DNA from: Octopus sinensis
Taxonomy: Eukaryota
Length of the DNA: 64,000 bases
Assembly: GCF_006345805.1 (NCBI RefSeq)
Contig: NC_043003.1
Coordinates: forward strand, 48,856,001 to 48,920,000
Direction of reading: 5' to 3'
The translations under genes and the position numbers were made by a program. The notes beneath the pieces are model-generated. The model did not search any database. It was not told where the DNA came from and saw nothing but the letters and a program-made list of their open reading frames with translations. Shown one piece after another: positions 13,049-24,545 of the stretch. Every line of letters starts with the position of its first letter. The stretch's first letter is position 1.

Positions 13049-13679
13049 GAATAAGTCTTGGGGTCAATTTGTTAGACTAAAGGTGGTGCTCCAGCATGGC
13101 CACAGTCAAATGACTGAAACAAGTAAAAGAATAAAAGAATACATACATACAATGGGCTTCTTTCAATTTTTGTCTTCCAAATCCACTCATAAGGTTTTGG
13201 TAGACCTAGGGCTATAGTACAAGACACTTGTCCAAGGTACCATGCAGTGGAACTCTACTTAAAGCCATGTAGTTGTGAAGCAAAATTATTAACCACACAG
13301 CACGACCTGCCCCTATAATGGTTGAATATATTAGATAGAGAACACCAGTTTTTCAGTGCTCTCATGGGTTGGATGGGTCTTTGATACAATATATTTCCAC
13401 TCTTTTTGATATTGAGCCTTCTTATCTATGAAACACAATATCCTAACATCGGACCCCATCTCTTTAGTCCATACCTTTTTCGACCTTTTATTTCTGTCAA
13501 TATAGGATACACTATATCCTGACGTTGCCAGGTCATAGTGCTAGTGCATGCATATACAGCTGTGTGCGTGCACACATACACGCGAGTACTGTCCAAATTT
13601 CCAACCAATCACATACAGCTAGCTGACATTCAATTGGCATATCAAGTTTCGGGCATTTTGATTGGGTTTTGGATAGAAT

Positions 13680-13880
13680 ATTTACATAAAAGTCACTTCT
13701 ATTGATTTTTTAATGGCTTTGCGGCGTGACTGGGGAAATGTAAAGATGTGCACGACCACCCTTGGACAGTTTTGAATGACCATAGAAAGTGCGAGCCCTC
13801 TAACTGAAAAATTGGGAATTTGTACAAAGGACACACACACAGACATTTTGCCATTTATATATATAGAGATAGAGATTTTT
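13680..13880 (-). mobile_element. Helitron/HINE-like non-autonomous fragment
   Basis: Minus strand begins TCTATATATATAAATGGCAAAATGTCTGTGTGTG, the style of 5' end seen in such elements. Confidence 0.35.
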
Positions 13881-14219
13881 ACCCTGCATGTATCAACTAT
13901 CAAACAATTGTATCGTATATCCACACCTGAACAGCCTTTGATGAGAACACACAGCTAGTCTCACAACTCTTTTGTGTCCTGCCTTACAGGCTGACAATGG
14001 GAAAGGATGTGACTAAAGCAATTGACTATGTCCTTTGCCTTCAACAACTGGTCTTTTGTCTAAGCAAGAAATCAATGTTTCCCTTGTTATGATTAACGAT
14101 GACATCAACTTGTTTACTAACATTGCAAAGTCAAAACAAACTACAAAACACTATTATTTATGGATTTATTGGAAAACTCAACTGGTTTCTAATTTTCACA
14201 ACTTCTAAAGCCCAATAAA

Positions 14220-14500
14220 ATTTATTATTATCATCGCCGTCGTCATCGTCATCATCATTATCATCATCATCATCATCATCATGCCAGCTCTGAGGAACAG
14301 TAACCTCTGTAGTAGTAGTTGTAGTGGTGGTGGTGGAGGTTGTCATCATCATTGTTGTCACCTTGGTGGTCGTCATGGTCGTAGTAGTTGTAGTGGTTGT
14401 GAGGTGGTGGTAGTTATAGTGATTGTGGGGTAGTAGTTGTGGTGGTGGTGGTGGTGCATGTGGTGGTGGTGGTAGTGCTGGTGATGGTGGTGGTGGTTTT
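14220..14500. repeat. Compound trinucleotide microsatellite ((CAT)n/(GTA)n/(GGT)n)
   Basis: Directly visible low-complexity tract; explains the poly-T/P/D ORF at 14158-14664. Confidence 0.9.
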
Positions 14501-14921
14501 GATAAAAAAAAAAAGCAAAGTGGAATTAGCATGTCTGTGGAGCATATTTGCAAATGATGTGATTTTATGCTGACCAGTCTAAGATATCTGTGGGCATAAC
14601 AGCTGCACTGGTCCCAGGTGTAGGAGTAGCACTGCTTTATGGTAATTTTTGTTACATGTGCCACTCAGAAAGCCCCAAGAACCACAGATTGCTCGTAACT
14701 GTTCTATAACTTTTGTTTCTTGTTCTTGAAACTTGAATTAATTTCTACCTTCTTTTTAAACATATGATGATTAGTGCCAAGTAAAAAAAAAAAAAATAAA
14801 TAAACAAAGGAAATTATCTGACAAACCAGTAGACATTTACTGAAAGTGTTTGTGATGTTTGTATTGAGCTGAACTTTCTATAATGTTTTTGTTTTATTGT
14901 GTTTTTCCTCTCTCTTTCCAG

Positions 14922-15201
14922 AAACCAAAATATCAGCTAACAACAATAAAAAGCTGGTTTGTTATTATTTTGCCTCTGGCCTCCTTCAAGTCACAGAGAT
15001 TGATCCATTCTTGTGTACACATCTCATTTTTGCATTTGCAATGTTTAAACATGGTAAATTAACTGAAGTATCACCATCTGACATCAAACTCTTCGGGCAA
15101 ATGGCCAATCTCAAACTGAAAAACCCTGCATTAAAAGTGATGCTGTCGGTGCAGAACGGCTTTTCGGAATTGGTCAATTCAGATGATGCTACTATTAAAA
15201 A
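14922..15201 (+). CDS. GH18 chitinase-family exon (KKLVCYYF...DPFLCTHLIFAFA...KVMLSV)
   Basis: Polypyrimidine tract + AG at 14920-21, donor GTATGT at 15202; phase 1 to phase 2; GH18 N-terminal motifs. Confidence 0.95.
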
Positions 15202-16034
15202 GTATGTTATTTACATTTACCTTTATCTAACATTCACTGGAAGGGAATTGCAGTATCTGAATAGGGCGGGGTGGGGGAACATTCTTCCCTTGACTCTAGT
15301 GTCTATTTTTTCAATGGCAAATATACAGCTTTCTCTGAGCATCATAGTTGACTTAACAGAAAAATAACAGCTTACCTACTTATTTATAACACTATGTTTC
15401 TCTTATCACTACTTCAGCTAGTATTGTGAAGGCTATGCCTCCATGCTGAAGAGGTCTAATAATACAAAAACATGTTTAATGTTATCTTCCTTGCTGAAAT
15501 TATTAAAATATTAATCATTGACTAAATGTTATCTTTTTCTCGCCACATAAACATGTTTAGTTAATTATTTAATGCTCATTGCAATGATTATGTCAGTACT
15601 AACGTAATTATTATACAAACTGAGCCATACAGTTCACATTCTGCTGGGCAAGACATTAAGCTTCATCCTGTGGTGATGCTCCAGCTGGAGAGTTCAGAAT
15701 GGTTTTAGTTGAACAAATCGACCCCAGGACTTATTCTATCAGTCTTTTTTACCAAACTGGTAAGTTACAAGGACATAAACACCCCAACAGCGGTTGTCAG
15801 TGGTGATGGGGTGAAAGACAAACACAGACACAAAGACACACAAATAAATATATGCATACATATACAACGGGCTTTTTTCAGTTTCCATCTATCAGATCCA
15901 CTCACAAGGGTTTGGTTGGCTCAAGACTATAGTAGAAGACACTTGCCCATTTTAAAACATGCAGTGGGACTAAACTTGGAATCATTTGGTGGAGTAGCAA
16001 GCTTCTTATCACACAGCTATACACCTGCACCTAT

Positions 16035-16366
16035 ATCATCATCATCATCATCGTTTAACATCCGCTTTCCATGCTAGCATGGGTTGGACGGTTCAACTGG
16101 GGTCTGGCGAGCCCGAAGGCTGCACCAGGCCAGTCAGATCTGGCATTGTTTCTACAGCTGGATGCCCTTCCTAACGCCAACCACTCCGAGAGTGTAGTGG
16201 GTGATTTTATGTGCCACCGACACAGGTGCCAGACGAGGCTGGCAGACGGCCATGCTCGGATTGTGTTTTTTATGTGCCACCGACACAGGTGCCAGACGAG
16301 GCTGGCAGACGGCCACGCTCGGATGGTGTTTTTTATGTGCCACCGACACAGGTACCAGATGAGGCT

Positions 16367-16370
<4 letters not shown>
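16035..16370 (-). mobile_element. RTE LINE 3'-UTR fragment with three ~64-bp tandem modules
   Basis: (ATC)n tail on +, ttttatgtgccaccgacacaggt.ccaga.gaggctggca repeated three times; 5' end abuts (TA)n. Confidence 0.8.
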
Positions 16371-16397
<27 letters not shown>

Positions 16398-16509
16398 TGC
16401 ATGCATGTATTATGAATGTGTGTATATATATATATATATATTATTGGTAAAAACAGTAAGATAACAAAAGAAAGAAAGAGACCTCAATATTATGTAAATA
16501 GAGGAATTT

Positions 16510-16737
16510 ATCTGTAAATGTAATATGTGACAATTATTCGGTAGCCAAGATAAAACTCTGAGTTTTGGATGCCGAGGTGGAAATCCACACCACCATCTCT
16601 TCAGTTATCCGGCCATCGGAAAAAACGCTATCAAAAAAAAAAAAAGAGAGAGATTGTGGTGTGGATTTCCACCTCGGCATCCGAAACTGAGTTTTATCTT
16701 GGCTATCGAATAATTGTCACATATTACATTTACAGAT
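16510..16737. repeat. Inverted repeat, arms ~90 bp, spacer ~48 bp
   Basis: atctgtaaatgtaatatgtgacaattattcg...ccacaccac is mirrored by gtggtgtgg...cgaataattgtcacatattacatttacagat. Confidence 0.9.
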
Positions 16738-16778
16738 ATATATAATGATAATTGATTAAGTGATCAGAAGATAGATTT

Positions 16779-17188
16779 GGTATTAATCTTTATTTTGTGC
16801 AATGATCATTTTGATCCATCCTGCTATTGTACCTTATCGATGGGACTCTGTTCAACATGTTGTGTTGCATCCATTTTGCAACCTGGGTCATATCAGGTAC
16901 AACCGTACATAAATTGGTGCTTTGATAAAGACCCTGAGATAGGGCAATCATGTTGTTTTATGCCCATCGATTTAAGGAATGAAGCATTGTTACAATTTTC
17001 ATTGCTTTTAACTTTCCAAACAAAAATGGTAAATGGATCTTTTAGCAAGCCACCACTTTATGTATGGATGTACCTGATGTGACCCAGACTGCAAAATGGG
17101 TGTAACACATGTTGAAGAGAGTCCCACCCATAAGGGACAGTAGCAGGATGGGTCAAAACGGTCGTTGTACAAAATAAAGATTAATACC
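16779..17188. mobile_element. Palindromic MITE-like element, arms ~145 bp
   Basis: ggtattaatctttattttgt... mirrored by ...acaaaataaagattaatacc; mirror ORFs in the track (16777+ and 17008-) confirm. Confidence 0.75.
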
Positions 17189-17404
17189 GTATTCATTTTC
17201 TGCTTACTTTATCAATTATCATTATCTCAACAAACACTGCAAAGTTCCTGAAGTAGATCCAATGAAAATATACCCCAACAGCGGATGGCACCAGGTTATT
17301 CCAAACCGTGCCCGTTCTCTGCTTAGCACTTCAACACACTAATCAACATATACCTGTTAGTCCAAAATATTACAAACACACATACATACATACATATATA
17401 TATA

Positions 17405-17447
<43 letters not shown>

Positions 17448-17482
17448 ATATCATGATATGATGATGATATATAGTATATTTA

Positions 17483-17514
<32 letters not shown>

Positions 17515-17520
17515 CATATA

Positions 17521-18005
17521 GGCATGGAAAAATTATAAAAAGGCAGAATGCTAAATTTAAGGAAATTTTTTATGAAAATGGGTGTATGGAAAAATTAGAA
17601 AAATTAATAAAATATATGTTTTGACATCCACTTAACAGACATCCTTAATTAAATTAAACAGCACATGGATCTCAATCCTCCAAGGTAATTTTTTCAAGAA
17701 CTAGCATTAAACTCGAGATACACAAAGACTTTACAATGTATCGGTGGACCTATTTTCTAATTTTTGTATGTTTATTATTATTATTTTTTTGCAAAAGACA
17801 ATGTAATTTTCTTTTTTCCCCCTCGTCAAACATAAAAGTTTTTTTTATTTTCACCTTACAATTCTTGAAAAGTCACATTGTGACAAAAACCAGTTTGAAT
17901 TAATATATATATATTTTATTAATTTTTCAAATTTTTCCATACACCCATTTTCATAAAAATTTTCCTTAAATTTAGCATTCGGCCTTTTTATAATTTTTCC
18001 TTGCC
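17521..18005. mobile_element. MITE with ~100-bp TIRs and TA target duplication
   Basis: TA|GGCATGGAAAAATTATAAAAAGG... and ...CCTTTTTATAATTTTTCCTTGCC|TA. Confidence 0.75.
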
Positions 18006-18100
18006 TATCATTTCTCCATTAAGCTAATGCATTCCTTGTGCACATCCTCTTGTCCGTTCATTCTATCATTCATTTATTTGAATTGACTATATATATATAT

Positions 18101-18140
<40 letters not shown>

Positions 18141-18629
18141 TATGTATATTTATGTGTGTTTTTATGTTTGTGTCTATCCTTCCATCATTTGACAACCAGT
18201 GTTGGTTTGTTTGCATCCCTATAATTTAGCAGTTCTGCAAAAAGTGCCAGACCTAAATAACAAAAAAAACAAAAAAAAGTATTAATACTGGGCTCGATTT
18301 ATTTTCGACAAAAAACGTTTTGAGTTGATGCCCTAGACTGGCCACCACCCAATGACTGAAACATGTAAAATATAAAGAAACAATGTTTGTAATCAAAATC
18401 AAAGTAAAATTACTTCGTAACTACTCGCCGAATGTATCTCTCATTAGTGACAGACGAACTCTGTTCATTATAAAACAGAGAAAATATTGTTTCTTATATT
18501 TTCTTTTGTTAACAATATTATCAGTTGTTGTCTGGTGAAGTACATTGTATTGACATATAACATCAGTTTCATTGATCTGCCTACTATCTTGTTAACTAAA
18601 TATGTTCTTATTTATTTAAATGTTTATAG

Positions 18630-18741
18630 ATTCTACAACCAAGCCATACATTATTTAAGGGAATATCGATTCGATGGAATTGATCTTGACTGGGAATTTC
18701 CTAGGGCTAATGAGAAAGAGAAGTATTCAAGATTTCTAAAA
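18630..18741 (+). CDS. GH18 catalytic exon (FYNQAIHYLREYRFDGIDLDWEFP...)
   Basis: AG at 18628-29, donor GTAAGA at 18742; phase 2 to 0; intact DxDxE motif at 18682-18696. Confidence 0.97.
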
Positions 18742-19485
18742 GTAAGAACTTTTAATTTTAAAATATCTTTGTGTACCTCCCCTATTGATGTCTTGCTATT
18801 ATTATATATAACATATATTCACAGTGAATGGAGATAATTTCCTGATAAAAAAAATATATATTTGATATAAGTCACTTGAAATGAATTGATAAGCCCACAT
18901 ATAACATCCAAAGGTACATCTTTTTCCCTCTGATGAAATTATACTCATGTCACATAGATGTAAATTTAACGTACAAATTTGTGATTAGATTATTGAGTAT
19001 TAACTCAAGCAGCTCTAAGAAGTGAAGACGACCAATCTGTTGTTAATAATAAACAATTATTAAGGCTGGCAGAAACATTAGCACTCAGACAAAATGCTTA
19101 GCAGTATGTTGTCTGTCTTTATGTTCTGAGTTCAAATTCTGCTGAGGTTGACTTTGCCTTTCATCCTTTTAGGGTTGATAAATTAAGTACCAGTTGTGTA
19201 CTGGGGTTGATCAACCCCAGTATTATTATTATATTATTTAAGGAGACAAGCTGGCAGAAATGTTAGCATGCCAGACAAAATGCTTAGTGACATTTCATGT
19301 CTTTACGTTCTGAGTTCATATTGCACTGAAGTCCACTTTGCCTTTCATCCTCTCAGGGCTGAAGAATTAAGTACCAGTGAAATACTAGGGTCGATGTAAT
19401 TGACTAGTCCCTTCCTCACAAATTTCAGGTCTTTTGCCTTTAGTAGAAAGGATTATTATTATTAAATAGGGCACAGAGAGAGAGA

Positions 19486-19533
<48 letters not shown>

Positions 19534-19576
19534 AAGAGAGAGAGAGATATACTCATAGACATCCCTAAATTAAATA

Positions 19577-20625
19577 CAGTAATACCTCGATATATGAGTT
19601 AATTTGTTCCCAGTGGCTGCTCGTAAAGCGAAACTCAAAGTTGAGCAATAATTTTGCATAGCAATGTTATAAACTGCAATTTGTTCCCAGAAAAATATTT
19701 TACCTACAAAATTTATAATACTCATAAATAAAGGACAATATTTTATGCAATGTAAATGAATGTCAAGATCATTTATGATAAAAAATATTATTATTATTAT
19801 CATTTTCTGAATCACTTTAACCTGCACTAGACTTGTGCACACTTGTAGACGCGATCGCTGATTCACAAGCACTCATAGATGGACTTACAGATTTCTTTTT
19901 AAAAATCAGGTCTAGAGTTGTTGGATCTTTACCTTTTGACCGACAGATTTAAAAAATAATTTTTTGTAACTAAACACTTTCAAACTTCGTATACTGGTAG
20001 AATGTGTCACATAAAACATCTTTTACTCTTGGTGTTGTTGATAAAATTCTGTACTTTGGAAGTTATTTCTTGTTAAAGTTGTATTTCGGTAATTTCAACC
20101 AATCAATGACATGTATTCAGCTAAATAAAATTACTGCTGTTGTTTGTCAACAACAACTTCCGGTACTGTATATTTCATTTGCCATTGTTATTTATGACAT
20201 CATTCGTGCGTTTGTACTGGTTTTAGTTGTTGTTGACAAACAATGGTAGTAATCTTATTCAGCTGAATACACGTCATTGATTTGTTGAAATTACTGAAAT
20301 ATGACAACTTTAACAAGAAATAACTTCCAAAATACAGAATTTTCTCAAAAATGCTAAGAGTAAAAGATGTTTTATATGACACATTCTACAAGTATATGAA
20401 GTTTGAAAGCGTTTAGTTACGAAAAATTATTTTTTAGATCTATCAGTCAAAAGGTAAAGATCCGAGTTGTTTGCTTAGAAGAATTCCTTGGTAAAACGCT
20501 GAAACATTTGTTATGGTAGTAGACACTTCTGCACTTTGTTCAAAATTTGGATCTTGTGCTTGAAAAATAAAAGTTGTAAACCTGGGGTGTCATAAAGCGG
20601 GTCCTCGTACAGTGAGGTATTACTG
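19577..20625. mobile_element. Tigger/pogo-like non-autonomous element containing a nested palindrome
   Basis: Left TA|CAGTAATACCTCGATATATGAG; right CTCGTACAGTGAGGTATTACTG (imperfect inverted match). Confidence 0.65.
19921..20465. mobile_element. Long palindromic element, arms ~235 bp
   Basis: ggatctttaccttttgac... mirrored by ...gtcaaaaggtaaagatcc; mirror ORFs 20004+ and 20200-. Confidence 0.85.
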
Positions 20626-20830
20626 TCGATACCCCTCGTTATGCCATTTCATCTGCAATGGACACTCATTAGTACAATTCTGAAACAGGTTAAATCTTGT
20701 GTGTATGTGTGTGTATTTGCATGTGTGTGTATATGCATGTGTGTTTATATGTATATCTATGTGTGGATGTACATATGTATAAGACACTTTCACAGTTTGT
20801 CACATTCTAACTCTCTATATTTTTCACCAG

Positions 20831-20952
20831 GGGTTCCGTGATGCTATAATAAACCATTCCCAAAATTCTTTAAGACCTCAGCTGTTACTGACAGCAGCTT
20901 TACCAAATAATGTACGAAAACTACAAAACTATGATATTGATACTCTCAATAG
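20831..20952 (+). CDS. GH18 exon (GFRDAIINHSQNSLRPQLLLTAALPNNVRKLQNYDIDTLN)
   Basis: ttttcaccag acceptor, GTAAGG donor at 20953; phase 0 to 2; LLLTAA...YD motif. Confidence 0.92.
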
Positions 20953-22083
20953 GTAAGGACGTGTGTTTAATTCATTCTTTACTTTAAACAGTCTCCAAGA
21001 TACTTGCACACATAGATCCTCATAATTGTTTTAACATCCAGTTTTTCATGCTTGTATGGGTTAGACACAAAGGTTTTTGCAGTTTGAGGCTCTTCTTGTT
21101 GCCAATCCTCATCTGTTTCCCAGCTAATGGCACTGATTAATCAGCATATACATCTCATCTTATATCAAATTTGATGGAGATTTTAATATATATATATATA
21201 CACACATACACACTTATACATAGGCACAGGAGTGGATCTGTGGTAGGTAGCTTGCTTACCAACCACATGGTTCTGGGTTCACTCCCACTGTGTGGCACCT
21301 TGGGCAAGTGAATTTGCTAGACGGAAACTGAAAGAAGCCCATCGTATACATGTATGTGTATTTTGTTTATCTTGCTTATGCCATCTTTCCATGTAAGTGT
21401 CTTACATCCATATCTTTGCACACACTCCTACCATACTTTCCCCATTCCTCTTGCCTTGCCTTTTATGTTGCCTTTGCGTCTGCTCCTACCTCCTCACTTT
21501 TACATTTTCTCCCTCACACAGTGATCATCTTTCAGTTTTTATCTACTGAATCCACTCACAAGGCTTTGGTTGACCCAGGGTTATAGCAGAAGACACTTGC
21601 CCAAAGTGCCACACAATAGCACTGAACATGAAACAGTGTTAACCTTCTCTAATAGCCACTTTGTTATATTGTATCCCATATACCAGTATATTTGTTCAAC
21701 TTTTCAGATTCATAAATATCTATCAATGAATGATATGCTCTGTTAATTTTTTTTTAAAGTGGTAGAATGTGATTTGTGATATTTAGGTCTATCTTATACA
21801 AAGTAACAAAATACCTAGAATAACTACAGCTGAAAACTATAGATATTTTTACAAGTATGAACAGGTAGAGTCACTGACATTTACAAAATGCTTAGGAGTA
21901 TTTGTTTTAGTTCTTTGCGTTCTAAGTTCAAATTCTGCTGAGTTCAACTTTACTTTTCACCCTTCCATGGTCAGTAAAATAAACTACCTTTTGAGAACTG
22001 GGGTCAGTATGATTGACTTACCCCTCCCCTAAAATTTCTGGCCTTTTGCCAAAATTTGAAATTTTTATATATATATATATATA

Positions 22084-24102
22084 TAGAGGTATCAAGCTGT
22101 TGGACCAGGTGATGAAGGTTACGGAGAGGGTCATAGCCCAACTAATTAGAGAGAGAGTTAGTTTAGATGAGATGCAGTTTGGGTTTGTGCCAGGGAAAAG
22201 TACTACTGATGCTATATTCCTGGTAAGGCAGCTGCAGGAGAAATACCTAGCCAAAGATAAGCCCCTGTACCTGGCTTTTGTTGACATGGAGAAAGCCTTC
22301 GACAGGGTCCCCCGATCCCTTATCTGGTGGGCAATGAGAAAACTAGGGATAGATGAATGGTTAGTGAGAGCTGTGCGGGCCATGTATAGGGACGCCGCTA
22401 GTAGGGTGAGGGTTGGAAATGAGTACAGTGAAGAATTCCGGGTAGAGGTAGGGGTCCACCAAGGCTCAGTACTCAGCCCCCTCCTATTTATCATAGTCCT
22501 CCAGGCAATAACGGAGGAATTCAAGACAGGATGCCCTTGGGAGCTCCTCTATGCTGATGACCTTGCTCTAATTGCTGAGTCGCTATCAGAACTGGAGGAG
22601 AAGTTTCAGGTGTGGAAACAAGGATTAGAATCGAAGGGCCTCAGAGTCAATCTAGCTAAAACCAAAGTCGTAATCAGTAGGAAGGTAGACAAATCACAAA
22701 CACCTTCAGGTAGATGGCCCTGCTCGATCTCTAGAAAAGGTGTAGGTAGAAACTCTATAAGATGCACCAAGTGTAAGCTATGGACACATAAGAGATGCAG
22801 CAATGTCAAAGGAAGGCTAACTAGGAAGATGGTTTTTGTATGTGGCAGATGCTCAGGAACAATAAACACTGAAAATGCTCTGAGACCAACTTCCGTCACT
22901 TTCCAGGGAGAAAAACTAGAAATAGTTGATAGTTTCCGTTACCTAGGTGACCAAGTCAGCAGCGGGGGTGGGTGTGCTGAAAGTGTAACTGCTAGAGTAA
23001 GAATAGCTTGGGCAAAGTTCAGAGAGCTCTTACCTCTGCTGGTGACAAAAGGCCTCTCGCGCAGAGTGAAAGGAAGACTGTATGATGCGTGTGTACGAAC
23101 AGCCATGCTACATGGCAGTGAAACATGGGCCGTGACTGCTGAGGATATGCGTAAGCTCGCTAGAAATGAAGCCAGTATGCTCCGATGGATGTGTAATGCC
23201 GGTACTCACACTCGGCAGAGTGTAAGTACCTTGAGAGAAAAGCTGGACCTAAGAAGCATCAGTTGTGGTGTGCAAGAGAGACGTTTGCGCTGGTATGGTC
23301 ATGTGGCGAGAATGGATGAAGATAGTTGTGTGAAAAAGTGCCACACCCTAGCGGTTGAGGGAACCTGTGGAAGAGGCAGACCCAGGAAAACCTGGGACGA
23401 GGTGGTGAAGCACGACCTTCGAACTTTAGGTCTCACTGAGGAAATGACTAGAGACCGAGACCTCTGGAAGTGTGCTGTGCGCGAGAAGACCCGCAGGACA
23501 AGTGAGTCCACAACCCGTGGCCTTCTACATGGGATGGAGCCAGCCTACGTATGCATACCTTCCCTTCTTGGGACACAAAACTCTACTTGTGAAGACGTGT
23601 TGAGGCAAGTGAGGATCAGAATCGAAATCGATCAATGGAAATTGCGGATGTGCTACCAGTGCCGGTGGCATGTCGAAACTCTGCTTGTGAAGACCCATTG
23701 AGGCAAGTGAGGATCAGAATCGAAATCGATCAATGGAAATTGCAGATGTGTTACCAGTGCCGGTGGCATGTAAGAGAACTTTCCATTTCGCGACCGTTGC
23801 CAGCACCGCCCCGTTTCGTGTCCGTTGCCAGCCTCGCCTGGCCCTCGTGCCGGTGGCACATAAAAAGCACCATCCGTTCGTGGCCGTTTGCCAGCTCTGT
23901 CTGGCACCAGTGCGGGTGGCACGTAAAAAGCACCCACTACACTCACGGAGTGGTTGGCGTTAGGAAGGGCATCCAGCCGTAGAAACACTGCCAGATTTGA
24001 CTGGGCCTGATGAAGCCTTCTGGCTTCACAGACCCCAGTAGAACCGTCCAACCCATGCTAGCATGGAAAACGGACGCTAAATGATGATGATGATGATGAT
24101 GA

Positions 24103-24106
<4 letters not shown>
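22084..24106 (+). mobile_element. Young 5'-truncated RTE-clade LINE (RT + 3'UTR + (GAT)n tail)
   Basis: QFGF, DMEKAFD, GVHQGSVLSP, LYADD, RWYGHV, GRPRKTW motifs. Comparison with the copy at 61046 puts the real stop at TGA 23503-23505 (EKTRQDK*). Flanked by (TA)n on both sides. Confidence 0.95.
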
Positions 24107-24139
<33 letters not shown>

Positions 24140-24153
24140 CATACATACATACT

Positions 24154-24221
<68 letters not shown>

Positions 24222-24239
24222 AAAGGCGGAACTTTATTG

Positions 24240-24545
24240 GTTACGATGACGAGGGTTCCAGTTGATCTAATCAACGGAACTTATGAAATTAACATGAACT
24301 TAACATGGATGTGACAGAGCACTCCACTGACGCATGTACCTTTAATGTAGTTCTCAGGAGGATTCAGCATGACGCAGAATGTGGCAAGGTTGGCCCTTTG
24401 AAATACAGGTACTAATCACTTTTGCCTGCTGAGTGGAGTGGATCAAAGTGAAATAAAGTGTCTTGCTCCAGGACACAATGTGTTGTTGGGAATTGAACTC
24501 ATGACCTTAAAATCTGGAGCTGAATACCCCAATCCCTAAGCCATA
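24240..24545 (-). mobile_element. tRNA-derived SINE, family C
   Basis: Reverse complement of the copies at 26665-26978 and 42495-42800. Confidence 0.7.

Noticed and set aside
14578-14641. Possible hydrophobic exon SKISVGITAALVPGVGVALLY just upstream of the first GH18 domain exon
   Set aside because: Weak acceptor, in-frame TGA just upstream, and splicing from the 1566-1630 exon would give GTC TAA; the 1566-1630 exon is the better signal exon.
23506-23701. C-terminal extension of the 562-aa RTE ORF, and its MTYPSP...IYIYIY N-terminus
   Set aside because: Extension comes from a missing G that skips the stop seen in the second copy; the N-terminus is SINE and (TA)n sequence.
24007-24030. CTGATGA followed by a hairpin in the RTE 3'UTR as a hammerhead
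   Set aside because: No GAAA after the stem and no stem III/NUH; older copies read CTGGTGC.
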